Of a stretch of 45,717 nt of DNA, positions 27,251 through 39,692 are shown piece after piece. This DNA is from Octopus bimaculoides (lineage: Eukaryota): assembly GCF_001194135.2 (NCBI RefSeq), contig NC_068986.1, forward strand, positions 93,266,974 through 93,312,690, read 5' to 3'. The translations under genes were made by a program, and so were the position numbers. The notes under the pieces were generated by a model. It searched no databases and was not told the origin of the DNA. It was given only the letters and a program-made list of their open reading frames with translations. Numbering within the stretch: position 1 is the stretch's first letter; each line of letters opens with the position of its first letter.

Positions 27251-27460
27251 CTCAAACACACTTATAAATACATACATATATGTGTATGTGTGTGTGTATA
27301 TATATTATATATATATATATGTATGTATGTAGATTTGAGTGTTTAAGTATATGTACTTACATTATATTCATACATATATATATATTCATAAATGGCATAT
27401 TTGTATATATATCATTATATATTACTGGCACTCCATCCATTACAATGGTGAGTGTTCCAG

Positions 27461-27529
27461 TTAATCCAACAGCTGAACAACCTGCTTCTGAAAGTGAAAG
27501 TAACATGCAAGTGACTGAGCATTCCACAG
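27461..27529 (+). CDS. Candidate host coding exon (phase 1-1), (V)NPTAEQPASESESNMQVTEHST(G)
   Basis: ccag| ... ACAG|gtatgc; 69 nt; only the phase-1 frame is open; A/T-ending codons; acceptor weak; no homology recognised. Confidence 0.35.
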
Positions 27530-27594
27530 GTATGCATATCCTTGCTGTAGCTCTCAGGGAGATTCAGCGTGACACAGAGTGTGACAAAGCTGGT

Positions 27595-27750
27595 TCTTTT
27601 AAATACAGACACTTCTCCTCATTTTTACCAGTTGAGTGGAGTGGAGCACTGAAATTAAGTGCCTTGCTCAAGGACACAATGTGCCTGCTGGGTATCAAAT
27701 TCATAACCTTTCGATCATGTGCTGAATACCCTAATCACTGAACCACATGT
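27595..27750 (-). mobile_element. CORE-like tRNA SINE fragment
   Basis: aagtgccttgctcaaggacacaa..ataacctttcgatc..taatcactgaaccac. Confidence 0.6.
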
Positions 27751-28145
27751 TTTTATATGTGAGTGTGTATATATCATCATCATCATCATCATCGTTTAAC
27801 GTCCGCTTTCCATGCTAGCATGGGTTAGATGGAAAGCGGACATTAAACGATGATGATGATGATGATATACACACACTCACATATAAAGACATGTGGTTGT
27901 ATGTGTATGTGTATATATATATATATATATAATGTGTCTACTGACATGTGATCTTCTTCTAGCACATTAGCAGTCCACCTAGTGGCCTCCTTTATATATA
28001 TTTTTTTATATATTCTTATATATACATATACAATAATCGTTTGAGATCTCAGGGTTTTTTTTCTGAATCTCCCTGATTGTTTTAATGTGCATGTTACCTG
28101 GTATTAAATTGATATTAATTAATATCCAATTTTTTACCCTATTGT

Positions 28146-28190
<45 letters not shown>

Positions 28191-28511
28191 ATTACACATA
28201 CACATATACACTAGCACATGCAGACACTATAGGCATATATATGTATGCATGTGTGTCTGATAAATTCCTCGTTTAGCATCCAATTTTCATGCTGACATTG
28301 ACTGAATAGGTTGTCAGTGTCTGAGTCAGTTTTTATTCAGTGTTAAAAGACCTCATTAATGGCTCAGGTCAGAGGAGCATGTCTCATTCAGACATACAAT
28401 TTTGGAGTGGTTTCTACTGCCTGATGCCCTTCCTGACAGCAACCACTTTATTTGCACTGTATTGTGTCCCCGGTACTAGGGAGGTTCATATAACATGAGC
28501 AGAATAGAAAT

Positions 28512-28732
28512 GAACCCTTTAACATTTAAACCAGCCACATAAGGCCCAAATACTCTACCTGTTATGTATTCAAACTGATCAGATCCAGAGTCTCACACCT
28601 ACCCTACAATGTCATCCTACAAATAAACTGTCACATCATTGAAATCTCAAAGCCATGAGATAATGCATGATTGATTTAAAACTAAGTGAATAAATAAACA
28701 TTACATTTCATGGAATAACTAAAATGCTAAAG
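28512..28732 (+). mobile_element. piggyBac-type MITE, decayed
   Basis: aaccctttaacatt ... aatgctaaag termini; second partial copy in reverse at 41693-41879. Confidence 0.55.
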
Positions 28733-30105
28733 TCCATTTTGTCCCTGTATTGGCTCCTGTCTCCAACTGAACATTTTTCTGGGTGTGTTGGATGCATTGT
28801 GTTATTGCATCTGCACTAATGGAATCGTTTTGTACTTCAGAAGACTGAAAAACTTGTATCACTTAATGCTGTTTGTGTTTGTTCGAGGCGATAAGATGAA
28901 ATGGGTGATTTGAAGAGGGTATTGACTGAAAATGAACTTGAGTGGGAGGTGAAAGGAGTAAGAATATGATGTGAGATACAAAATGTTTTGGGTGACATGT
29001 ATGTGTGTGTGTGTGTGTATTGGTATGTGTATGCATGTAAAAAAATGTGTGTGTGGGTGTAAGTATGTTCTTGTCTAGTTTTAATGATTTGAAATCTTCT
29101 TGTAAGAAAGGACCTGCTTTCTAACAACGATATGAAGCTCCATTTGTTGGAATGTAGATAACAAACGTTTTAGGGGACATGTGTATCTGTGTGTGTGTAT
29201 GTAAGTATTGATGAGTGCATTCAGTTTTATCATGTTCTAGCACATGTAAAAATGTTTTTCTGCTGCAAGGGTGTTGCATCGAAGGGCAACTTCTCTTTAT
29301 AGATGCTGTGTGCAAAGGACGCACATGCTCCAAGGAACATAAATGAACTACTAGAGACAGTGCTTTTGCATGACTTATCACCTCTTAAGTCGTAGACACC
29401 ATGTGGATCTTTGAAACGAATACATGCTACTACTTCTACATAGAGAAATCAGCAAACACAACCTTTGCTGGTGCATGCATCAGCTTGCCAAGCTGGTGCA
29501 GACAATAATCAATCTCAGTTTGACAAGCCTGCAAATGTTGCATTTGCTTATTTCTATGAATAGAAGCAATAGGTTCCTTTAGTTCTAAAGGTTCAACTGG
29601 TATCTTCAGCTGAAGAGGTGGTAATCTCTTGCTGAAGCACTGGCTCTAGTTATCCACTTGTGTCTCTCAGAGTAAGTGCACTCTCTGATATGATACCCTA
29701 CAACACAAGAATCATTTTCATGTTTGATTGTGCAAGAACATGATAAGAATCAATGCACACATCAATATTTTGAATTTGGCTTTTCTGCATATTTGTGATT
29801 ATTTATGCATACATAACACATATTATGTACTTGTATATATGTGTGTATATGTATGTGTATAGATATATATACATATACACACACACACACACATATATAC
29901 ATACAGTGGAAGATAGATAGATAGATATAGAACTATGTGTAAATGATTCATACATGTAAAACAGCTCCAAAAATATTAAAAATATGTATAAAAATAATTT
30001 AAACTTGAGAAAAATTGAGGTGGGCAAGAATATGGTGTGTGTGTATGTGTGTGTTTATTGAAGTATCCCCCTCAATCTATCTCTTGTAATTATTTGGTTT
30101 TCCAG

Positions 30106-30189
30106 GTGGCGGCGTTACAAAAAGTCTCTCAGTACCACTTCCATTACAGGCAATGCAAGCCCCCTGTTGGTGGCTCCAGTTCACAGCCG
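30106..30189 (+). CDS. Candidate host coding exon (84 nt); in phase 1 (G)GGVTKSLSVPLPLQAMQAPVGGSSFTA(G)
   Basis: Good acceptor tatttggttttccag|G and donor CCG|gtatga; GC-richer island; phase-compatible with 27461-27529; all three frames are open. Confidence 0.45.
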
Positions 30190-30639
30190 GTATGAGCCTG
30201 TACCATCGCCACTGGCCACAGATACCACCACTACTACTACTACTACTACCACCACCACCAACACAACCACTACTACCATCAACAATACTTCTTCTTCACC
30301 CTACCGGGTATGGTTAGATTCCTGAGAAAGCATTATTTTAAAATTTTATTTCATCTAATTAATTAATTAATTAACTAACTCACTAATTAATTGATTGATT
30401 ACTTATTTATATTTTATTTCACTAATTACCCTTAATTTTGTCTTTTTTTATAATATATTTTTGTTTCAATTTTTTTTTTTTGGCTTTAAATATTTCTTTT
30501 TGTTTTTTTATTATTGAAATATTCCCCTCCTTCGCCATTGCACATAATTCTCAATAAAAATGAAAGAGACTACTAATAAATTAATATATAATATATCTGA
30601 GAGCTAAAACTTCACTAGTGCTGTATGTACATGCATATA

Positions 30640-30790
30640 NNNNNNNNNNNNNNNNNNNNNNNNNNNNNNNNNNNNNNNNNNNNNNNNNNNNNNNNNNNNN
30701 NNNNNNNNNNNNNNNNNNNNNNNNNNNNNNNNNNNNNNNNNNNNNNNNNNNNNNNNNNNNNNNNNNNNNNNNNNNNNNNNNNNNNNNNNN
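30640..30790. other. Assembly gap (151 N)
   Basis: N run. Confidence 1.
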
Positions 30791-30880
30791 NAATAGGATG
30801 AATTCTTTTACAAGAATTTATCAAGTAGCTAGCGTGAAAAAAACCTCATAAGGGAAAAAAATCCATCATTTATTCCCGAA

Positions 30881-31243
30881 ATATATATTTTTATTTATAT
30901 AAGGGCATTACTATACAATAATGCCTCATGCTATGAGGGACTCTAAGGTCAGACTACCATAAAAAACATATTTTTACCGAACACGATGTTCGTTTGGTAT
31001 GTTGATTCTCTGTTTACTGCTATTTTTCTTGACCATATTATACTGACGAGTAGAGGTTGTATAATACTACAATAACTACGAAATCATGATCTATAATTCA
31101 GTCTGTTTTTAAGGGGTTGGCTTTGAGAGTTGCATTTCCTCGCGTTCGGTAAAAATGTGTTTTTTATGGTAGTCTGACCTTAGGTCCCTCATAGCGTGAG
31201 GCATTATTGTATAGCAATGCCCTTATATAAATAAATATATATA
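30881..31243 (+). mobile_element. Inverted-repeat element carrying a hammerhead; probable Penelope-like pLTR with inverted 3' duplication
   Basis: Arms 30902-30986 and 31140-31223 differ by 4 transitions and 1 indel, and the symmetry extends ~20 nt into AT flanks; the spacer contains an intact hammerhead. Confidence 0.8.
31037..31097 (+). ncRNA. Minimal type-I hammerhead ribozyme, intact core
   Basis: AUUAUA CUGACGA GUAG..CUAC GAAA UCAUGA UC^UAUAAU: 6-bp stem I, stem II GUAG/CUAC plus UUGUA/UACAA, palindrome AUCAUGAU, AUC cleavage after 31091. Confidence 0.9.
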
Positions 31244-32429
31244 TGTCTGATTATGCATATTGGAAGTTCTTAAAGCAAATGCCCAATTATTCCATTTATA
31301 ATACCAGCACACCAATTAGCAGGCAAGAATGCAGGGGATATTTGAAACCCTGTGCATTCTGTGAAGCAATTATATAAATATAAAATACAAATAAATATAA
31401 CATGTATATTTACATATGTATTCACGTACACACACATACACATACATATATGATGCCTACCCACTCATGTCTAAGGAAGGTCATCATTGACTATTAGAAT
31501 AACCATTCTTTCAATAGGGGTTATTTAAGTTTTAAGCCTGCCGGATTCCTATGTCTTGTTGGCAGATCTTATTCAAGAAAAAAACCTAACACAGTACAAA
31601 TGTATACATCTGTATGCAGAAATTTATTCCAATGTAAAATACTGTGTCCTTTAAAGCCAGCAATAGATTTATCAGCCTTTCCATATGTACAGCAAGTTGC
31701 ACAATCTTTTATTATGAATATACAGTTATCAACTTCTGTTTGACCTGGTGACTAGTGAATCCAGCCTTGGGAACATATATACATGATGGCAAATATTGCA
31801 GACAAATATATTTATGTAGCTTATATGTTTTTGTGCAGTTTATTGAAGTTCCGAGTGGTGAGTACATACGTCAGCAAAAACAGTCATGCTATCCTTTACT
31901 TGTCCTCTCCACTAAAGATGATCAAAAACATTTATTTCCCAAACATGTCACAAACATATTTTAATTAATCTAAAGCTTGTTTATTCTTAATCACTGCTTG
32001 GTGCTGATGCTGTTATATTAATCGCAACCAAGCAGTCATTCACTTGTGCAAGTCAGTCACTGATGTTGACTGTTTTTTTTTTTTAGTTAAAGCTACTGCT
32101 TTGGATCTTCTCAGGGTTATCTCTCTTCCATATTTCCCATTGAGGAAGATTAAAGAGCCAGAAATATATATATGAGAATCCAATAGGTGGAAGTGCTGGG
32201 CAGATATGGTGTTTTTGCATTTTTTACCATAAGCGAGAGTATTTTCTCCATGGTAACTGTCTTCAAAAGTTAAAATATATCACAAACCTATTTTAACTAA
32301 TCTAAAATTCATTTATTTCTTAATTGACCCCCAACTAATTTTAATTCTTTTAAAGAGGATTCCACACGTTCCTCAATCTGCAGCCCTTGTTTGTAATGGG
32401 AGCACCTGCATCATACAAACCCCTCATAC

Positions 32430-34340
32430 AGCATCTGTTTTGGTTTTCTCTGATCATTCATTTATATAACATGTCTGGTTCATTGTAACTGATGTTGATT
32501 CAGTGTTCAAGACTTTGGTTCTCTGCAAAATCTCTGACTGTAATTCATGAGGACCAACTCCAATTCAGAATGTCTTAAACATCTTTGATAAAAGCACTCA
32601 AGGACCTTTATATTATGCTTGTAAAGGACCCGTGGTTCAAACGAGTAAAGAAGAGAAGTCTGCCCCCAATTACAATACACAGCAATTTCTGTTAACCTTA
32701 TGACTGCCTGATGGGACCATGCCATGTTGGGAACAAACATGAGCTTCAAGGGCCCAGGAGAAATCAGTTTCCCTCTGAAGCCATAGAGCTGTTTCACCAA
32801 TTGAGAAGCCAGAACAGCTGAGTGTGCTAGCAAAATTCCAGATGGCAATTAGAGTGAAAAAAAAGATGAGGACTAGTTAAGAGGAAGGATCTTGAGAATC
32901 ATCCATGCAGATGGAAGTTGGGCAATATAGGAAGAATTATTTGAAGACCAGAGTTTCCAAGGTGCTGCTGAAGTATTGAGACATATTTGAATCAGTCACA
33001 GAAGCTGGTTTAATGAAAAGATGTTGAGGTTCAGAGACTCTTGCCTGCAAAGCACAGCATTCACAGTTTTATTCTGCTACAGTAGGCTGTCAGATAAATG
33101 GCAGAATTTAGCACTTGTTCATTGCAAGACCTCAACCTTGGTGATTACTCATACAGAACACTTGCTGGGAAGGTCTTGCTTGTGACATTGAAGCTGCTGT
33201 AGATGAAAGTGTTAGTAAAAAATTTAACATCTCTTAGGACAAGCTTATAGATCAAAAATAAATTTAAGCATTGCTTGAATAAATGGACTGTCCAACATTC
33301 TGAGCCATGATAAGACTTGACATTACAGGTATCATGGTTGTATCATGCTTGTGAATAATTATCTATGTTGTTGCATGTTAACCTTTGTGGCTAAAGTGAG
33401 TGCTGGCAATATACAGACCATATTCTTCAAAAAATTCTTGGAACATGTGATTGATGATACAGACACACACATATATGGTAGACGTCAACTTGTGTAAAAG
33501 TCGGACCACTTCTTGGAGAGTTAAGTTTCTTGAGTGTTATCATGGAAGAAGATAACTGCTAAGCACAGGATTGCTGACCACTTCTGGAATTAGGCATACT
33601 TTGTTTTGATAACCCTTTTATGAGTTCTTCCTAATTTTTTGGTAAGCAGTACTAGTCCTTGGAAAGGTCTGCTCACTCAGTTGAGCTGCTACTGCTGAAT
33701 CATTCCACTGCCATTGTTTGGAAAAGAACCAAGCAATATCCCAAGCTGACTTCACATGTTTCTAATTGTACACTTCCTGCTAATCAAGTCTGTGTGTTCC
33801 ACTGCTCTCCATCACAGAAATTTATGAGAATTACACACACACACATGCATACACACATGCATACCCAGTGATTGTTCCATTTTCACAGAGGATTGTCATC
33901 TCTTTGTGCTTCCTTGTTGTCAATGGCATTTCTAGCTTTCCATCCACGACCTCTTAGAGGACTATTCCGTCTTGCTGCAGATCTGCATAGTTTCAAGTCT
34001 AGGGGACAGACAAAAGTCCTAACTTATTGTGTCCTTTCAATTGGTTAAGTCAGCATGCTTCACCACATGTCCATCCCATGGGACTTTCGGTAGATGGAAT
34101 GGCAAATGAGGTTACCTTAAAGAAATATTTTTATGTTGTTAGATTGTAGTGATAAACACTTGTACAACACAGATACCACTGTCTGAGTTTCCATGATTAG
34201 TATCTGGTGACAGACCAAAGTCAGATGACCAGTAATCATGGGAGACAGCCTGTTTTATGTCAGAGTGCCCCTCTCTTAGAAGGATTCTGGGACAACAGTT
34301 AGGTGGGGTAGAGGTCTTTCACTTTTGGTGGCATGCTAAT
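32430..34340 (-). mobile_element. Decayed RTE-BovB-like LINE
   Basis: LLYSFEPRVLYKHNIKVLECFYQRCLR resembles LLYG.ETWT.Y..HI..LE.FHQRCLR; weaker RT/endonuclease remnants upstream; the upstream boundary is uncertain. Confidence 0.65.
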
Positions 34341-36639
34341 TAAACCATAGTTGGGACCCTAGGAGGTGCTGCTGCTCCAGTTTAGAGTAGACCTGAGAAC
34401 AATTCTGTGCTCTACTATCGGATGCAATTTGGAATCATACCCAAAACACACGTACATACAGACACACATGCACACATACATACACACACACATGCATGCA
34501 TACTTACATGCATACATACATACATACATACATACATACATACATAGTGAGAGTTACAGTGGTCAAAGCATTATTTAAAAGGTCAGTGTAGGGAGAAAAT
34601 AAGTTTTAAACTATGATTTTTTTTTTGTTTTGCTTTAATTTTACTAATCCATTATTATTATTATATATTCTGTCATATATAAAAACTCTTCGATGCCCTA
34701 GAACCTCCCCCATCTCTGAAATTACTAATATTGCCAAAATTCTTTAATTGATTAATAGGAAATCAAAATTATTCTTTCTTATGTTTTTAGAACTTATTTT
34801 TATCGTTAGTGTAATTAACTATACTCTAGAAGGTAATGCCCCAACATGGTCACATTCCAATGGCAGTAACCAGTAGAATAATAAAAGAAAAGACTGTTTA
34901 AATAAATACTTATATTGTTTAATGTAAAATTGTCTCAGGAATTCCATGTTATTAAGTCTGTGAGTCTGATAGTTGTACAGTTATTTTCTGTACAGGAAAT
35001 GGCATAAAATAGGACTCTTACCACTTTACTGTTTTACCTTTAAAGACAGCAATGCAATGGTGTCCTGGCATACTATTCATATGGCCCTCAGCTCAAACTC
35101 CCTTGAGTGGAGCCCTATGGATCAGCCTGTTTCAATCACACTCTTTATTGTGTCACGCAAATCTCATCTTCTCTTTGTGATTGCTGTTGTTGTCCAGCCC
35201 CAAGTCAGCTCTGACTGAGCAGACTTATGGTCAAAGGTGTTCCAGTTATGACCATCTCAGCTTTTTATTTTTCATTTATTGTTGGGCATAATGTATCTAG
35301 GATTACATTATCCCCATAGTGTCTATTTTATTATATTTTATTTTATTTTACTTAATATATTTTGGAGATGATAGTATGTAGTAGGTGAATCAATCTCATA
35401 AATACTCCCTTTGTTAACTCATGACTTCAATTTATTTCACTGAGCAAAGTTACCTGACATTTACGGGTTGTAATCAATCTGTCACCTAGTTAAGCACTAC
35501 TTGACCTTTGAGTTTTTTGGGTACCTTTTACAGAACTCTATTGCAAGTGCATGGACCAGGTTTCTACTTCAAAGATAACTCTTTCCTTTCCACAAATCTT
35601 AATTGGCCTTCTCATTTCTTTCACCCTAATTACTATCCAGAAATCTGTTTGCATTAAATGATGTTTCATTCAGCACTCAGATCCATGAAAGGACTTGGTA
35701 TTACAGATATCACAGATGTCTCACTTGGGAATGATAACATGATCTGTTAAGAACCTAACCGTAGACCTTGGATGCATTCATATCATTGTAGGATCGTCTT
35801 TGTGGATAAAGTGAGTGCTGACTATATACAGACTATATTTTTCACTGTATTCTAGGAGCATGTGACTAGTGTTATTCAACTTTGCCACACCAAAATACCT
35901 GGGGGAGCTCCATGTTTACTTATCTACTCCAACTCTAGCATTGAAGTCTCTTAGTAAAATGCTTGACTTCAGGATTTTCCTGAGCATATCTCTTATATGT
36001 GCAGGGAATGTAAAGAGGCTTTTTAAAGGTTTAAACACCTGACCTCTTCCTTTGATTAAAATATGGAAAAATAAGAAAAGAATTTCCCAGAAAAATTTCT
36101 TCTCTTTCTCTTATGAGCTGTACCATTACAAACCCTTTCGTTACTTTACTATAATTAATTAATTAATTAATTGTCAAATAATTTCATCAAAAATCTTGGG
36201 CAAATTAAGGGACTTAAATTAGTAGTTATCAAATATTGCAACACAGTTTTTATATATGCACATATATAATTGATTTCTTTTTGGTTTTGTTTTTTACTTG
36301 CATATATTTTATACACCTATTTTCACCTCACTTATGTGTTACTAATTTACTCACTGAGATGCGCTTCAATTAATTTTAGCCAATTATTTAATTATTCACT
36401 ACTAACCTAACTAATTTAGTCTTTAGAAAATGATTCATATAATTATTTTTTCTTTTGCGATTTTTTTTTTTCCTTAGCGGCTTTGATTTTTGCAGAAATT
36501 ATTTTAGTCCTATATTTATATTTTTATATCTATATATATACATATGTATATATGTAAAAATGTTTATATATATGTATATATAAATATATTAAAATATTTA
36601 TATATTTTTTTATATATATATATGAATATATTTATATCT

Positions 36640-37900
36640 ATTTATCATCATCACCATCATTATCTTCGTCATAATTTTTAGGTCCCCTTTTTCCATGCTT
36701 CATTGTGTGGGACCTGTCTGTTTTAGCACAGTGTCCCCCTCAACCTCTCTTGTGAGGTCCAATATCATTAAGATCACATCTCATCTTTACTTCCCATCTC
36801 TTCGTTTTTTCCTCTCCCACATGCTTTTTCCACCAACACAGTCATTATTCATACACATCATATTATTCACATTATTTATACCATCACACTCTTCCAACGT
36901 TTACACTATGGCTGTTATCTTTAATGCCTAGTTTTATCTCTCAGAACACTTGCCCTTTGTTGTAGATGCACACTGACATTTTCTTATCCAGTGGAGCATG
37001 CTTGCAATATTTCTTTCAAGCCTTTGCAGTTTTCCACATTTAGTGCTCATAATCTCACTACCATGCAATATCAAACCTTATAAACTCGTAGCATACAATA
37101 TACCCTTCCCTACGAATGAGAAGACAGCCCTTGTTGCAAATACAGGTAATAACAACTTCCTGAATTTTTTCCATTCCATTCTTACTCTGGTCACCATGCT
37201 TTGCTGCTGATTAGATCACCTAGAAAAAAATATAAAAAAGAAACAGAAACTATCTCGTAGTTCTAATGAATCTTCTGAGCAATCAAGAGACTTCATTATT
37301 TAATGGCTCTTACTGCTAACTGTTCCTGCATATCAGTTGCACATGAAATCCTTTCCCTTTGTTCACCTGCCTGCGATCTCATTGCACATTTTTGAACCAT
37401 TGTTTGCATATATAATGCACAGTTGCTACCTTCTCTTTTTCTGCATGTCAAACGTTGCCAGTCCCCAGATGGTAGTAGTGTTTTGTTTTCTATGATGCCA
37501 ACTTGATCTGTCGGTCTGTTGATCCTAAACCCTGTTTCCATGTTTAGAACTTTACCCCTAATTCTCCAACTGATTTGGCTATGAGAAGAACTAGGTTATC
37601 AACAGACAAGAGCCACCACTCATGGAGAGCTATTCTTCAGCTCCTTTATTATGAACTGCATAACTATAATAAAGAAGAAGGAGCTAAGAACTGCCCCCTG
37701 ATAGACATCTACACACATGCTAAATTTTTCACTGAACTCATTGATAATTCTCATTTTGTGGTCCATGGCTTGCATAGCTCTCACCAGCCATTCATCCACC
37801 AATAGTTTCTCAGTGACCAACAGACTACAGAGTATGGTACCCTATCAAAGGCTTTTTCCATGTCAACGAATGTTAGATATACAATTGTTCTTGGCTTAGA
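36640..37900 (-). mobile_element. Decayed RTE LINE (RT to 3' end)
   Basis: DEWLVRAMQAM..VDVYQGAVLSSFFFIIVMQ..KNSSP (RT) and PSGDWQ..CRK; ends gcatggaaaa..(gat)n. Confidence 0.85.
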
Positions 37901-38877
37901 ACTTCTTGCTTTATTAAGAAGAGGGGATCAATGGTTTCACATGCTGGCACAAACACAAACTGCATCTCTCATCTAAGCTGTCTCTCCTTCATTAGCTTTG
38001 CTATTTACTCTGTCTCTGCCACATATATATTTCAGTTTCTCTCTGTATATGTATGCGTAAATATATGTGTGTGTTTGTGTGACTTTGTGTGTGTGTGTGT
38101 GTGTATATATATATGTATATATATATAGCTATCTGTATATCTATTTATCTTTCTACTTATATATTATTTCTTTCTCTCTCTCTCTCTCTCTCTCTCTTTC
38201 TAAATGTGTGTATGTGTGTGTGTGCAATCTAACTATATACATTTCAACCCATTTATGCATTTATCTCTTTATATGTCTGTTTTCAAACTAACTTACTGAA
38301 AATATTAGGAGCAGAGCCCATGGCATTTGTGACTCCTCCAATACTAGTGGGATTAATAAAGCTAATCTTCAGTTTGGACACCTGTTGGCCAACGTCCATG
38401 GAGATAACATTTGATAGAGAAGAAATCCTGGGAGATTACTGTTCTGGAGACGAAATGTTTAATGTGAGGCTTGGATGGTGAGACAAATTAAAGCAGTGAT
38501 AACAGGAGGAGGAGGAGGAGGAAGAAGAAGATAGCTGGGTAGGAGTGAGCAGATCTGAGTGCTAAAGATCAGAAGTAACAGAGTCTGTTGTAGGTGTAGT
38601 AGACAGAAGATGCAGATTATCTGTTTGTTTAATGGCTGTAGTGTGTCGGTGCATGAATTTTGGCTAATTATTAGAATGACTTAATTTCCAGTGTGGCCTA
38701 GGACAGTTTTACCCATGAAGTCAATGCTGTGAGGACTGAACAGGGGACAGACAAATTATCATTTTTAATGTAATTTAGATATTTTTTTTTTCTTTTACTT
38801 TTTAAACTTGTCCAAAATCATGACAGCAAAAGAAGAATTATATGGAAGCAAATTGTATTCTGTCTTCTCATTAATAA

Positions 38878-39085
38878 AGCTGAGGAATTCTTAGAGTGTC
38901 TGACAAGTGCCTTGTATTTGTTCCAACTCTTTATGTTCTGAGTTCAAATCTCACCTAGTTCGCCTAGTTTGCCTTTCATTCTTCCTGGGTTGATAAAATC
39001 AAATACCAGTCAAGTACTGGATCAAATTAATTGACCAAACACTTCCCCTAAATTTCTGGCTGCCTTGTACCTGTTTTGAAAACAA
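38878..39085 (+). mobile_element. tRNA-derived SINE family A
   Basis: atgttctgagttcaaat..ttgcctttcat..ttgataaaatcaaataccag. Confidence 0.75.
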
Positions 39086-39348
39086 CTGAGTCTGAAATAA
39101 CTTTGACCAGTATTGTGCAATGTGCTGGTATTATTTAGTTTGAGTATCATTGGTCAGGGATGTTAGTGTATTTAGTAGCAGCACAATTCCATGGATGTGA
39201 GTAGACCTTTAATGTTGGTCTTATTACTGCTTAGTTGAGGGTCAGCATTTGTGTAGGTATTAAAAATTTTCTGTTCTAAAATGTTACTCTAGACTTTTTG
39301 GTGTAGTTTTGTAATAATAATAATAATAATTAAATAAATAACTATGAT

Positions 39349-39653
39349 GATTTGAAGTGAGAAATACGAAGGTTGTGGTCAATGAGGTGAGTAGACATGA
39401 TACCAATAGTAATTGACACACCTGGAAGTATCAATACTCAACTACCAACACGGATAAAAAAGATTGGTACAAATGTAAAGGTAGAACACCTACAAAAATC
39501 AGCATTGCTTGGAACTGCCAGAATTCTTTGCAGGATAATTGAAGCATGACCAATAAACAAGTGTTACCTTAGTCTGCTGGCTGTGGACAGATGACACTTC
39601 CCATCATACCCAGAAAAATAAGCTGTGAGTTTTCATCACATAATGATAATATT

Positions 39654-39692
<39 letters not shown>
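39349..39692 (+). mobile_element. R4/Dong-clade LINE 3' end with (TAA)n tail
   Basis: DLK*EIRRLW..IPIVI..G..HLQKSALLGTARILCRIIEA*; (TAA)n on both sides. Confidence 0.85.

Noticed and set aside
28841-28957. Exon candidate with good splice sites (MGDLKRVLTENELEWEVKG)
   Set aside because: All three frames from the acceptor contain stops; it is only viable as a start or UTR exon and there is no support for that
29591-29671. Exon candidate ending CAGA|gtaagt
   Set aside because: Stops in all frames
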